Shown here piece by piece: positions 1 to 17,260 of a DNA stretch of 64,000 nucleotides. Position 1 is the first letter of the stretch; every line of letters starts with the position of its first letter. Both the position numbers and the translations under genes were made by a program. This DNA comes from the human T2T-CHM13v2.0 reference genome, Homo sapiens: NCBI RefSeq assembly GCF_009914755.1, contig NC_060947.1. One strand, given 5' to 3'. The notes under the pieces are model-generated. The model worked only from the letters and a program-made list of their open reading frames with translations, was not told where the DNA came from and did no database searches.

Positions 1-852
1 AAACCATCCAGGAAAATATGATCTCACCAAATGAACTAAATAACGCACCAAGTACCAATCCTGGAGAAACAAGGATATGTGACCGTTCAGACAGAGAATG
101 CAAAATAGCTGTAGTGAGGAAACTCAAAGAAATTCAACACAACACAGACAAAGTATTCGGAATTCTATTATATAAACTTAACAAAGAGATTGAAGTAATT
201 AAAAAGAATCAAGTAGAAATTCTGGAGCTGAAAAATGCAATTGGCATAGTGAAAAATGCATCAGAGTCCTCTAGTTGCAAAACTGAATAAACAGACAAAA
301 GAATTAGTAAACTTGAGGACAGGCTATTTGAAAATACACAGTCAGAGGAGACAAAAGAAAAAATAATTTAAAAATGAAGCACACCTACAGAAGCTATAAA
401 ACAGCCTCAAAAGGACAAATCTAAGAGTTACTGCCTCTAAAGAAGAGACATAAATAATGGTAGAAAGTTTATTCAAAGGGATGATAACAAACAACATCCC
501 AAACCTAGAGAAAGATATCAATATTCAAGTACAAGAAGGTTATAGAACACCAAGCAGATTTAACCAAAAGAAGACTATCTCAAGGCATTTAATAATCATA
601 CTCCCAAAGGTCAAGGATAAAGAAAGGATACTAAAAGCAACAAGAGAAAAGAAACAAAGGGAACATACAATGGAACTCCAATATGTCTGGCAGAAGACTT
701 TTCAGTGGAAACCTTACAGGCCAGGAGAGTGGCATGGTATATTTAAAGTGCTGAAGGAAAAAAAAAAATCATTTACCCTACAATAGTATAGCTGGTGAAC
801 ATGAAGGAGAAATAAAGACTTTCCCAGACAAACAAAAGCTGAGGAATTTCAT

Positions 853-1214
853 TGTTTTAGTCCATTCTCATGCTACTAATAAAGACATACCTGAGACTGG
901 GTAACTTATAAAGGAAAGAGGTTTAATTGGCTCACAGTTCAGCATGGCTGGGGAGGCTTCAGGAAACTTACGATCATGGTGGAAGGGGAAGTAAACACGT
1001 CCTTCTTCACATGGTGACAGGAAGGAGAAGAAAGAGAGCCAAGTGAAGGGGGAAGCCCCTTAATCAGATCTCGTGAGAACTTACTATCACGAGAATAGCA
1101 TGGGGGAAACTGCCCCAATGATCCAATTACCTCCTATCCTTCCACCACACATGGGGATTATGGGAACTACAATTCAAGGTGACGTTTGGGTTGGGACACA
1201 AGAAAACCATAACA
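853..1214 (-). mobile_element. MaLR solo LTR (THE1C/THE1D-like)
   Basis: TG...CA ends, THE1/MST-type sequence, 5-bp TSD TTCAT (848-852 / 1215-1219); removing it restores host L1 ORF1 sequence. Confidence 0.9.
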
Positions 1215-1776
1215 TTCATCAACACCAGATCTGTCCTACAAGAGATGTTAATGGGGGCATTTCAGTCCAAATGAAACGGATGTTAATAAGCAATAAGAAA
1301 TCATCTGAGGGTACAAAATTCACTAACAAAATAAGTTTACAGAAAAGCAGATTATTATAACAGTGTAACTGTGGTGTGTAAACTACTCTTATCTTAAGTA
1401 GAAAGACTAATAAACAAGTCAAAAATAATAACTACAAGTTGTCAAGACATAGATAGTCCAATAAGATATAAATAGAAATAACTGAAAGTTTAAAAGCGGG
1501 GGAACAAAGTTAAGGCATAGAATTTTTATTGGTTTTCTTTTTGCTTATTTATTTTTTTTTCTTTTTTTTTTATTATACTTTAAGTTTTAGGGTACATGTG
1601 CACATTGTGCAGGTTAGTTACATATGTATACATGTGCCATGCTGGTGCGCTGCACCCACTAACTCGTCATCCAGCATTAGGTATATCTCCCAATGCTATC
1701 CCTCCCCCCTCCCCCCACCCCACCACAGTCCCCAGAGTGTGATATTCCCCTTCCTGTGTCCATGTGATCTCATTGT

Positions 1777-5603
<3,827 letters not shown>

Positions 5604-5666
5604 TATGATGTTAGCTGGTGATTTTGCTCATTAGTTGATGCAGTTTCTTCCTAGTCTCGATGGTCT

Positions 5667-6683
5667 TTACATTTTGGCATGATTTTGCAGCAGCTGGTAC
5701 CGGTTGTTCCTTTCCATGTTTAGCGCTTCCTTCAGGAGCTCTTTTAGGGCAGGCCTGGTGGTGACAAAATGTCTCAGCATTTGCTTGTCTGTAAAGTATT
5801 TTATTTCTCCTTCACTTATGAAGCTTAGTTTGGCTGGATATGAAATTCTGGGTTGAAAATTCTTTTCTTTAAGAATGTTGAATATTGGCCCCCACTCTCT
5901 TCTGGCTTGTAGGGTTTCTGCCGAGAGATCCGCTGTTAGTCTGATGGGCTTCCCTTTGAGGGTAACCCGACCTTTCTCTCTGGCTGCCCTTAACATTTTT
6001 TCCTTCATTTCAACTTTGGTGAACCTGACAATTATGTGTCTTGGAGTTGCTCTTCTCGAGGAGTATCTTTGTGGCGTTCTCTGTATTTCCTGAATCTGAA
6101 CGTTGGCCTGCCTTGCTAGATTGGGGAAGTTCTCCTGGATAATATCCTGCAGAGTGTTTTCCAACTTGGTTCCATTCTCCCCATCACTTTTAGGTATACC
6201 AATCAGACGTAGATTTGGTCTTTTCACATAGTCCCATATTTCTTGGAGGCTTTGCTCATTTCTTTTTATTCTTTTTTCTCTAAACTTCCCTTCTCGCTTC
6301 ATTTCATTCATTTCATCTTCCATTGCTGATACCCTTTCTTCCAGTTGATCGCATCGGCTCCTGAGGCTTCTGCATTCTTCACGTAGTTCTTGAGCCTTGG
6401 TTTTCAGCTCCATCAGCTCCTTTAAACACTTCTCTGTATTGATTATTCTAGTTATACATTCTTCTAAATTTTTTTCAAAGTTTTCAACTTCTTTGCCTTT
6501 GGTTTGAATGTCCTCCCGTAGCTCAGAGTAATTTGATCGTCTGAAGCCTTCTTCTCTCAGCTCATCAAAGTCATTCTCCATCCAGCTTTGTTCCGTTGCT
6601 GGTGAGGAACTGTGTTCCTTTGGAGGAGGAGAGGCGCTCTGCGTTTTAGAGTTTCCAGTTTTTCTGTTCTGTTTTTTACCCAT
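5667..6683 (-). CDS. L1 ORF1p RNA-binding protein, intact 338 aa
   Basis: MGKKQNRKTGNSK...NHAKM, full canonical length with REKG, ARR and YPAKLS motifs retained; expression unknown. Confidence 0.9.
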   Translation of the reverse strand: MGKKQNRKTGNSKTQSASPPPKEHSSSPATEQSWMENDFDELREEGFRRSNYSELREDIQTKGKEVENFEKNLEECITRIINTEKCLKELMELKTKAQELREECRSLRSRCDQLEERVSAMEDEMNEMKREGKFREKRIKRNEQSLQEIWDYVKRPNLRLIGIPKSDGENGTKLENTLQDIIQENFPNLARQANVQIQEIQRTPQRYSSRRATPRHIIVRFTKVEMKEKMLRAAREKGRVTLKGKPIRLTADLSAETLQARREWGPIFNILKEKNFQPRISYPAKLSFISEGEIKYFTDKQMLRHFVTTRPALKELLKEALNMERNNRYQLLQNHAKM

Positions 6684-7586
6684 CTTTGTGGTTTTATCTA
6701 CTTTTGGTCTTTGATGATAGTGATGTACAGATGGGTTTTCTGTGTGGATGTCCTTTCTGTTTGTTAGTTTTCCTTCTAACAGACAGGACCCTCAGCTGCA
6801 GGTCTGTTGGAATACCCTGCCTTGTGAGGTGTCAGTGTGCCCCTGCTGGAGGGTGCCTCCCAGTTAGGCTGCTCAGGGGTCAGGGGTCAGGGACCCACTT
6901 GAGGAGGCAATCTGCCCGTTCTCAGATCTCCAGCTGCGTGCTGGGAGAACCACTGCTCTCTTCAAAGCTGTCAGACAGGGACATTTAAGCCTGCAGAGGT
7001 TACTGCTGTCTTTTTGTTTGTCTGTGCCCTGCCCCCAGAGGTGGAGCCTACAGAGGCAGGCAGGCCTCCTTGAGCTGTGGTGGGCTCCACCCAGTTCGAG
7101 CTTCCTGGCTGCTTTATCTAAGCAAGCCTGGGCAATGGCGGGCGCCCCTCCCCCAGCCTCGCTGCCGCCTTGCAGTTTGATCTCAGACTGCTGTGCTAGC
7201 AATCAGCAAGACTCCATGGGCGTAGGACCCTCCGAGCCAGGTGTGGGATACAGTCTCGTGGTGCGCCGTTTTTTAAGCCGGTCTGAAAAGCGCAATATTC
7301 GGGTGGGAGTGACCCAATTTTCCAGGTGCGTCCGTCACCCCTTTCTTTGACTCAGAAAGGGAACTCCCTGACCCCTTGAGCTTCCCAGGTGAGGCAATGC
7401 CTCGCCCTGCTTCGGCTCGCGCACCGTGCGCGCACCCACTGGCCTGCGCCCACTGTCTGGCACTCCCTAGTGAGATGAACCCGGTACCTCAGATGGAAAT
7501 GCAGAAATCCCCCATCTTCTGCGTCGCTCACACTGGGAGCTGTAGACCGGAGCTGTTCCTATTTGGCCATCTTGGCTCCTCCCCCC
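6684..7586 (-). promoter_or_regulatory. L1 5' UTR internal sense promoter and antisense promoter
   Basis: CpG-rich 5' UTR; YY1 site CAAGATGGCC (7565-7574, minus) retained; position of ORF0 marks the antisense unit. Confidence 0.8.
7135..7350 (+). CDS. L1 ORF0 (antisense ORF), intact 71 aa
   Basis: MAGAPPPASLPPCSLISDCC...RCVRHPFL*, ATG in GCAATGG context; internal splice donors CAG|GT at 7241 and 7326. Confidence 0.82.
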   Translation: MAGAPPPASLPPCSLISDCCASNQQDSMGVGPSEPGVGYSLVVRRFLSRSEKRNIRVGVTQFSRCVRHPFL

Positions 7587-8790
7587 TGCTTATTTATTTT
7601 TATGTAAACAGCATTAAGTTCTTATTGGGTTAAAATAATTGTTTATAAAATAGTATTTACAAGCCTCATGGTAACCTCAAACCAAAAATCATACAATGGA
7701 AACACAAAAAAGAAAAACACTAAATCATATCACCAGAGAAAATCACCTTCACTGATGGAAGACAGGAGGGAAATAAATAAAGAACAGAACATCACAAAAC
7801 AGCCAAAAACCAAATAAGAAAATGGCAGGAGTAAGTCTTTACTTATCAATAATGACAATGAATGTAAATAGATGAAACTCTCCAGTCAAAAGACAGAGTG
7901 GCCGAGTGGATGAAAAAAATAAGACCCATTGATCTGTTGCCTACAAGAAACATACTTCACCTATAAAGACACATATAGACTGAAAATAAAGAAATGGAAA
8001 AAGATAATCCATGCAAATGGAAGCCAAAAAATAGCAAGAGTAGCTATTCTTATATCAGACAATGTAGAATGCAGATTTCAAGGCAAAAACTATAAGAAGG
8101 GATAGAAGTCACTATATAATGACAGAGGGGTCAATTTAGGAAAAGGATATAAGAATTGCAAAAATATATGCAACAAACAGTGTAGCACTCAGATATATAA
8201 AGCAGATATTATTAGAGCTAAAGAGATAGACCAAAATACAATAATAGCTGAAGATTTCAACAGCCCACTTTCAGCATTGAACAGATCTTCTAGACAGAAA
8301 ATGAAAAAAGAAACATCAGACTTAATCTGCACTGTAGACCAAATGGATGTAATAGATATTTATGGAACATTTCATTCAACAGCTGCAGAATACACATTCT
8401 TTTCCTCAGCACATGGATCATGCTTAAGGATAGACCACATGTTAGGTCACAAAAAAGTCTTAAAGCATTCAAAAAAATTGGAATAATATCAAGCATCTTC
8501 TCTGACCACAATGGAATAAAACTAGAAAATAATAACAAGAGGAATTCTGGAAACTATACAAATGCATTGAAGTTAAACAATATGCTCCTGAATGACCAGT
8601 GGGTCAATGAAGAAATTAAGAAGGAAATTTAAAAATTTCTTGAAACAAATGATAATGGAAACACAATATACCAAAACCTATGGGATACAGCAAAAGCAGT
8701 ACTCAGAGAGAAGTTTATAAGTGCCTACATCAAAGGAGAGGAAAATCTTCAAATAAACAATCTAACAATGCACCTTAAATAACTAAAAAA

Positions 8791-9138
<348 letters not shown>

Positions 9139-12100
9139 TTAGTAAAATAAAACAAATAATAAACATCAGAAATAAATGAAATTGAAATAAAAAAATACAA
9201 AATATCAAAGAAACAAAAAGTTGGTTTTTTGAAAAGTTGAACAAAATTGGCAAACCTTTAGCCAGACTAAGAAAAAAAGAGCAGATCCAAATAAAATCAG
9301 AGGTGAAAAAGGAGACATTACAACTGACATTGCAGAAATTCAAAGGATCATTAGTGGCTACTATTAGCATCTATGCCAATAAATTGTAAAATCTTGAAGA
9401 AATTGTCAAATTTCTAGACTCAAATAATGTGCCACGATTAAACCAGGAAGAAATCTAAACTCTAATCAGACCAACAACAAGTAATGAGATTGAAGCTGTA
9501 AAAAAACTCTCCCAGTTAAAAAAAAAAAAAAGCCCAGAACCTGATAGCTTCTCTGCTGAGTTCTACCAAACATTTAAAGAAGAAATAATACCAATCTTAC
9601 TCAAAGTATTCTGAAAAAATAGAGGAGTTGGGAATACTTCCAAACTCATTATATGAGGCCAGTTTTACCCTGATAGGAAAACCAGACAAAGACACATCAA
9701 CCAAAGAAAACCACAGGCCAATATCTCTGATGAATATTGATGCAAAAATCCTCAACCAAATACTACCAAACTGAATTCATCAATATATTAGAAAGATCAT
9801 TCATCATGACCAAGTGGGATGATTTATCCCTGGGATGCAAGGATGGTTCAACTTATGCAAATCAAGCCATCTAATACATCGTATTAACAAAATGAAGGAT
9901 AAAAGCCATATGATCATTTCAGTTCATGCTGAAAAAGCATTTAATAAAATTCGACATCCCTTTATGAAAAAGCCCTCAAAAACTGGGTATAGAAGGAATA
10001 TACCTCAATATATTAAAAGCCATATATGACAGATTCACAGCTAGTATCATACTGAACAGGGAAAAACTGAAAGCCTTTACCATAAGATCTGAAACACCAC
10101 AAGGATGTCCATTGTCACCACTGTTATTCAACATCCTCCTGGAAGTCCTAGCTAGAGCAATCAGACAAGAGAAAGAAATAAAGGGCACCCAAATTGGAAT
10201 GGAATAAGTCAAATTGTCCTTGTTTGCAGATGGCATGATCTTATATTTAGAAAAACCTAAAGACTCCACCAAAAAAGCTGTTAGAACTGATAAACAAATT
10301 CAGTAATGTTGCAGGATACAAAATCGACATACAAAAATCAGTAGCATTTCTATATGCCAACAGTGAACAAACTGAAAAAGAAATTAAAATATAGTCCCAT
10401 TTTTAATAGCCACAAATAAAATTAAATACCTAGGAATTAGCTTAACCAAAGAAGTGAAGGATTTCTTACAGGAAAACTATAAAACACTGATCCTAGAAAT
10501 TGAAGAATACACCAAAAAATGGAAAGGTATTTCATGATCATGGATTGGAAGAACCAATATTATTAGAATAGCCAACTACTCAAAGCAATCTACAGATTCG
10601 ATGCAATCCCTAACAATATACCAATGACATTCTTCACAGAAATAGAAAAAAAATCCTAAAATCCATATGGAACCACAAAAGACCCAGAATAGTCAAAGCT
10701 ATCCTGAGCAAAATAAAAAAACTGGAGGAATCACATTACCTGACTTCAAATTATACTACAGAGCTATAGCAACCAAAACAGCATGGTACTATCATAAAAA
10801 CAGACACATAGATAAATAGAACAGAATAGAAAACCCAGAAACAAATCCACATTCCTACAGTAAACTCATTTTCAACAAAGGTGCCAAGAACATGTGCTGG
10901 GGAAAAGACAGTCTGTCTTCAATAATTGATGCTTGGAAAACTGGATATCCATATACAGAAGAATGAAACCAGATCCCTATTTCTCCCCATATGCAAAAGT
11001 CAAATCAAAATGGATTAAAGACTTAAAGCTAAGACTTCAAACTATGAAACTTCCATAAGAAACCATTGGGGAAAATCTCCAGCACATTTCACTGGGCAAA
11101 AATTTCTTGAGAAACACCCTGCAACTACAGACAACCAATGCAAAAATGGACAAATGGGAATCATATCAAGCTAAGAGGTTTCTTCACAGCAAAGGAAGCA
11201 ATCAATAAAGTGATTGTCAATTATTTAACCCACAGAATGGAAGAAAATATTTCCAAACTACCCATCTGGCAAGGGATTAGTAACCAGAATATATAAGGAG
11301 CTCAAACAACTCAATAGGAAGAAGTCTAATAATCCCATCAAAATAAGGGACAAAATATTTGAATAGACAATTCTCAAAAGAAGACATACAAATGGCAAAC
11401 GGGCACATGAAAAGGTGCTCAACATCACTGATCATCAGAGAAATGCAAATCAAAACTACAATAAGATATCTTCTCACCCCAGTTAAAAGAGCTTTTATCC
11501 AAAAGACAAGCAATAACAAATGCTGGCGAGGATGTGGAAGAAAGGGAACCCTCGTACACTGTTTGTGAAAATGTAAATTAGTACAATCACTATGGAGAAC
11601 AATTTGGGGGTCCCTCAAAAATCCAAAAATTGAGCTATTATATCATCCAGCAATCCCACTGCTTGGTATATACCCCAAATAAAGGAAATCAGTATATTAA
11701 GGAAATATCTGTACTCCCATGTTTGTTGTGGCACTGTCCACACTAAGCTAAGATGTGGAAGCAACCTAAGTGTCCATCAACAGATGAATGGATAAATAAA
11801 ATGTGCTACTTATACACAATGGAGTTCTATTCAGCCATAAAAAAGAATGAGGTCTTGTCACTTGCAACAACATAGATGGACCTGAAGTTCGTTATAAAAT
11901 AAGCCAGCCACGGAAAGACAAATATCACATTTTCTTATTTATTTGTGGAATCTAAAAATCAAAACAATTGAACCTGTGGAGATAGAGAATAGAAGGATGG
12001 TTACCAGAGGCTAGGAAGCACAGTGGAGGAGCTGACGGGGGGAGGTTGGGAAGGTGAATGGGTACAAAAAAATAGAAAGAATGAATAATAACTAGTATTT

Positions 12101-13523
12101 GATAGCACAACAGGGGGATTATAGTCAATAATAATTTCATTATACATTTTAAAGTAATCAAAAGAGTATAGCTAAATTGTTTGTAACACAAAGGATAAAT
12201 GCTTGACCAGATGGTTACCCCATTTTCCATGATGTGATTATTACACATTGCCTGCCTGTACCAAAAGTTCTCATGTACCCCATAAATACATACATCTATT
12301 ACATACCCACAAAAATTAAAAATTAAAACATTTTTTAAAGTGCTTTAAGGCATACCACATGCAGCCACCCTAGTCATTTATAATAGTGGTAGGCTTTGTT
12401 TCTTGGGACTTGATTGTTGTCACTTAGTCCTAAGAGAAGCACTAGGAAGGAAAAGCAGATTGATAAAAGGAGATGAATGCAGGTCTTGGGGGGACTAATA
12501 GGTGGAAAGACAATTAAGCACACATTTAACCAGAAAAACAGTGGGATAGGGGTTTAAGATAAAGAATCAGCCAAGACACTGGCTTGCATAAAGGAAAAGC
12601 TGGCAATCAGGGGGCCTCCTGGGAAGGCAGCTCCCTGTCTAGAGGGCACATGGACTAGACCCAAGGTCAGGGGAGCAGCGGGTCCTTATCAAAAAAATTA
12701 AAGCTACTGAATGTGCAGCTGTCAGTGGGGAAATAGCTAAAACTGGAATGCATGCCAGGTGCTTATTCCAGCTAATTACAAAAGATTATTCACCATTATA
12801 AGACACAAGTTCTTTACTCTCACCATAAAAGGTATCTCTTATATTATTATTGCATTATTTGAGATCTAGTATGTATTATCTTGGAGCAGTGATGCCACAT
12901 GAAGCCTACCACTCATTTTTGTGTTGCCAGGATCATGAACCATTTTTCTGGCTTAAGTGGTTGAGGAAACCTAGGAGGACAGTCAGAGCTGCTGATCCCA
13001 GTGGTGGTGGTGGTACAAAGAAGAGATCAGTGGAGATAGGTGGCTTCCAGTGACTCAAAGAGCCAAATCCTACATTGATCCCCAGTTTAGAAGGAAAGGC
13101 TTTGCATATACCTTTTCTGTATTTAATGAGACAGAAAACCTGGGCAAGAATCTTGAAGGGTGTAGGTATTCTGAGGCCTCCGCAGCCACATGAGACTTGC
13201 TGTTTCCTCATTCCTGCACACAGACATGTAAGTCACAGGCCCTGGTCCTCCTGAGGTCTATTTCTCAAGCCAAGGACTGTGAGGCAGAAGGGGCGGTGTC
13301 AGGTGGAGGAAGACTGGGTATGAATCCATACTGATTAGTATATGTTTTCTGTTTTACGAAGGTACTACGACCAGTATCTTTCTTTTTACTTCCAGGTATC
13401 CCTGCTAAGCCTTTTCTGGGATTCCTGGCCTCCTGTACTCCAGATGGTCCAGCTCTAGGCTGCCTATTTCCCTTTTGATACATGTTTCACTACATTTCCA
13501 CCATTGCCCAAATCAGCTGTGTT

Positions 13524-13858
13524 CTTTTTTTAAAAAAATATATTGACTGAGTACAAGTGCCGTTTTATTACATAGGATATATTGTGGAGTGGTGAAATCT
13601 GGGCTTTTACTATACCCTCACTCAAATAGTGTACATTGTACACAATAAGTAGTTTTTCATCCCTCAGCCCCTTCCCACCCTCCCACCTTTTGGAGTTTCC
13701 ACTATTATTCCATTCTGTATGTCCTTGTGAATGTATTATTTAGCTCCCACTTATAGGTGAGAACATGCAGTGTTTGATTTTCTGTTTCTGAGTTGTTTCA
13801 CTTGAGATAATGGCCTCCAGCTCCACCCGTGTTACTACAAAAGACATGATTTCATCCT
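13524..13858 (-). mobile_element. L1 3' fragment (L1PB-like)
   Basis: T-rich tail then L1 3' UTR antisense (GGTGAAATCTGGGCTTTT...CTCCCACTTATAGGTGAGAACATGCAG). Confidence 0.75.
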
Positions 13859-16297
13859 TGCATTTTTGACCTTCCTAAACACTGTGGGTCAAAGGTGCTG
13901 CCAGATCCTCTTGTTATGTGTTGCTACTATGGCAGACTTCAGGCCAACTCTCTTGACTCTTTCTTTCTTTGATTAGAGATTACACACATTCTACTTTGGA
14001 CTCACCGGAAAGCAATGGTAGACACAGTTACAATTTCACTGTTTTGACTCTATACAGTCTCATGGACCACACACATTCTACCTTGGACACGCCTAAAAAA
14101 ACAGTGAGAACAGACAATATTTCACTATTTCTTTGTCCCACTTAAGAACGGAGGGAATCCCAGTTTTCGCTTAGTCACCGTTCCCAACAGGGCCTCTATC
14201 TTTGATGCTACACTAGCAATTGAGAGGCCTCTGCCCATGACTGTTAGTGTCACTGTTGCTCTTCTCTTTCCTCCAGTGATTAGCTTTTAATCATGCTCTT
14301 ATTACTGTGCTGAACCCTTCCATGGCACTGCCACTTTCACATGGGCCTCTCTAGTTGTGATAATGCTCACTATTGGTGAAAAATTCCTCAAGAGGTGGTT
14401 GCCCACCTTGTATTGCTGCTACCCTCAAAGGAACTATAAATTGAGTCCTTCTCAATTCTTGTGAATGACCATGAGTCTGTAGCTAAGCGAACCTAGGGCT
14501 GATTTTTTCTCCATTTTCCACTGTCAAGGACTGACAAGAGACCTGGATCCATCTCTCCCTCACTTAACAAAAGGACCATTTTCCAGAGACACTGATGTCG
14601 TGAAATGGGCTCATTGTTCTACAACCTATTGTGCTCTTATATCTAACTCTTTGTCAGTCCACCAGTATCCTCCAGCACACCGGGCCATATGACCGTTTGT
14701 TTCCTTTATATGCTTAAAATCTTAGCGAACTAGGTGGATGGCTTACTGAGTTGTCAGGCCTTTGTAAGCAGTCTCATCACTATATATAGAAAAGAACAGA
14801 TTGGTGGCTCCCTGCATAATGAGTAAAACGTTCATTTGGTAGCTTTACTAAAAGCCACCCATTGCTCACCCTTCATAGTGTGTTGGAACATTTTAATTTT
14901 CCAGGATGCCTTATTGGATTTTTGTCTACCACAAGACAGCCCCTCCCTGACCATGCAGCAGCATGAGTAGTATGACTGAGATTCCCCATATGAATGGGTG
15001 CCCAAATCTCATTATGGCCACCCTCGCAGATATTCAAAAACATGAGTGGTACGTGTAAGACTCAGTCTATGCCTTTGAGGCTGCTATCCGGTTCACAGTG
15101 AAGAGGAAGGTAGCAAGATGTAGAGGCTCCTTGATCAATGTGTTTGTGAGGCAATTTTTCCTGCTGCCTCACTACCTTCAGACTTCTAAGGGATAGTTCA
15201 CTCTTCATAACCCACCCTCTAACAAAGGGATCAGTTCTTCCATTTATATGCCCTGCTAACTCATTGAGATCTGTTTTTTTAACCTGTGACAACACACAAT
15301 TTTTGCCTCGGAAGCAAAATTGGCAGTGCCTTCCTGATGGATGAGTGCACGTTCTTTCAAATTCCAGAGACTCTCGATATCTCTATATATCCCCCCTAAG
15401 GTTACTGCCAGATATGCTTATGAAACAGAACCAGTCCTGATAACTCACACGAAGAGGTAAGTAACTTATGGAGATTAAAATGAGAAACCTTCAAAGAGTA
15501 GAAAACAAAAAGAGCAGCCAGCAGATGTAGGAAATGTACAGTCATGTATTCTAGCCATGTCCCAAGGACTCCTGGACTCCTGACAAAATATTTCTTCCCT
15601 GTTCTCTCTGGATGGAATTGTGCCCTGGAGCTGATTTACACTGCCTCAGGAGAAATTATTATTTACATCTCTTCCCAACTCCACTTTCAGGAATGGCACA
15701 TGGGAGCTTAAAAATCAACCATGGTGGAAATATTTATACTACAAATGATATACATTGGGGCACCTCCCTTTCTTTTCCCCAGACTGTTAAAATGTTTACC
15801 TGCATAACACTGAGTATAAATGATTGAGCTTAAATATAAAGAACCCCAAAAAGTAGGGGAACACAGAAAGCAGTCAGAAAATATAATTATGTCACAGAAC
15901 CCCAAGCATTTCACAGAAGTGATTCACCTGGCCCATCTCTTGAATACTTTCCTGTGTTTTTTTGTCCAATCTTGGAGAATGGATATGAAAAGCCTCCTGC
16001 AATAATGATCAAAATCCTCCTGTTTGAGATCATGGTACACAGGGTCTATGCCCTGCTTCAATAATTTATAACAAATTTCTCATTACCATTCCTTGTGCAT
16101 AGCTATGGGTTTTATGTTTTTTCTCTTACAAAAAAAAGAACCAACCCATACCTCAGAGGTCATGACTCAGTTTCTTCCTGTATTTTGCTCTTGATTCTTC
16201 ACTTGACATGAGGCTGAATGACATTCAGCCCATTCTGCTGAATAAGCATAGCTTACAGTTCCCTGACTTTCTGATACCCTAGCACTGTGCTCATATG

Positions 16298-16631
16298 CAG
16301 TCATGCGCCACATAACGTTTTGGTCAACAATGAACTGCATATATGGTGGTGGTCCCGTTGGATTATAATACCATATTTTTACCATACCTACTCTATGTTT
16401 AGATACAGAAATACTTACCCTTGTGTTACAATTGCCTATAGTATTCAGTACAGTAACATGCTGTACAGGTTTCTAACCTAAGTGCAACTAGGTGGATACA
16501 TATAACCTAGGTGTGTAGTAGGCTATACCATCTAGGTTTGTATAAGTACGCTATGATATTCATACAACTATTAAATCACCTAAAGACATATTTCTCAGAA
16601 TGTATCCCCATCATTCAGCAATGCATGACTG
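16298..16631. mobile_element. Tigger3a/GOLEM-like non-autonomous DNA transposon
   Basis: Terminal inverted repeats CAGTCATGC...GCATGACTG, followed by TA; ~334 bp. Confidence 0.85.
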
Positions 16632-17039
16632 TACTTCAGGAACTCACCCAGGAGTGAGTGGCAAAGGTAAAAGTTATGAAAATTTTTCGCACCTGCTACC
16701 CTGATCTCACAGTCTGAAGTCATAGCCAATGGGGTCTCCCTCACTGATACATGCAAAAGCAGCCCATTCTTGTCCTCTAACTTTAAGATCTCATATACTC
16801 CATGAGATCTTTTTTTACTCACAGACCCTTTATGATATTCTGCCAGTTTCTTGGAAACAGCCTGTATCTTACATCAAAGATGAAACTCACTATGGCTGGA
16901 TCTGCTAGTGCTTTACCACAATTTTTCCCTCTTCAGAGTTCAACTTTAGCCTATATTTCCTACTCTCCTTGAAAGTAGTGTGAGAATTAATGTGCACTAC
17001 ATCCAGATCTGGCCAACAAATCTTCCCACCTGCTCTTCA

Positions 17040-17260
17040 ATTGATCCCTCCTCCCTTGTTCTTGCTCAGTGGGTTGGAGATGATAATGGCTGTTTGGGAA
17101 GCCATAGATAAAAGACAGTTCCTGAGTGACTGCATGGAAAACAGCTATCGTTAGACCTGGAACACAGTGCTTGACTGTTATATGAGTAAGAAGTAAACAT
17201 GTTTTGTTTAAGCCATTTTCATTTTGGGTGTGTTTGTTGCATTAGTTTAGCTTACCATAA
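17040..17260 (+). mobile_element. Old MaLR LTR fragment (MLT1-like)
   Basis: 3' LTR-like end: TGAGTAAGAAGTAAACATGTTTTGTTTAAGCCA...GTTTGTTGCA; boundaries approximate. Confidence 0.45.

Noticed and set aside
13110-13170. PFKILAQV as an integrase GPY/F motif extending the relic leftwards
   Set aside because: Too far from the catalytic core and only a short match; left outside the call.
14100-15300. Plus-strand stop-poor frames resembling a viral glycoprotein or bornavirus-like insert (e.g. HYGHP, CSYYC)
   Set aside because: No match to recalled bornavirus N, G or L sequences, and no poly(A)/TSD; better explained as the antisense shadow of the minus-strand pol-like relic.
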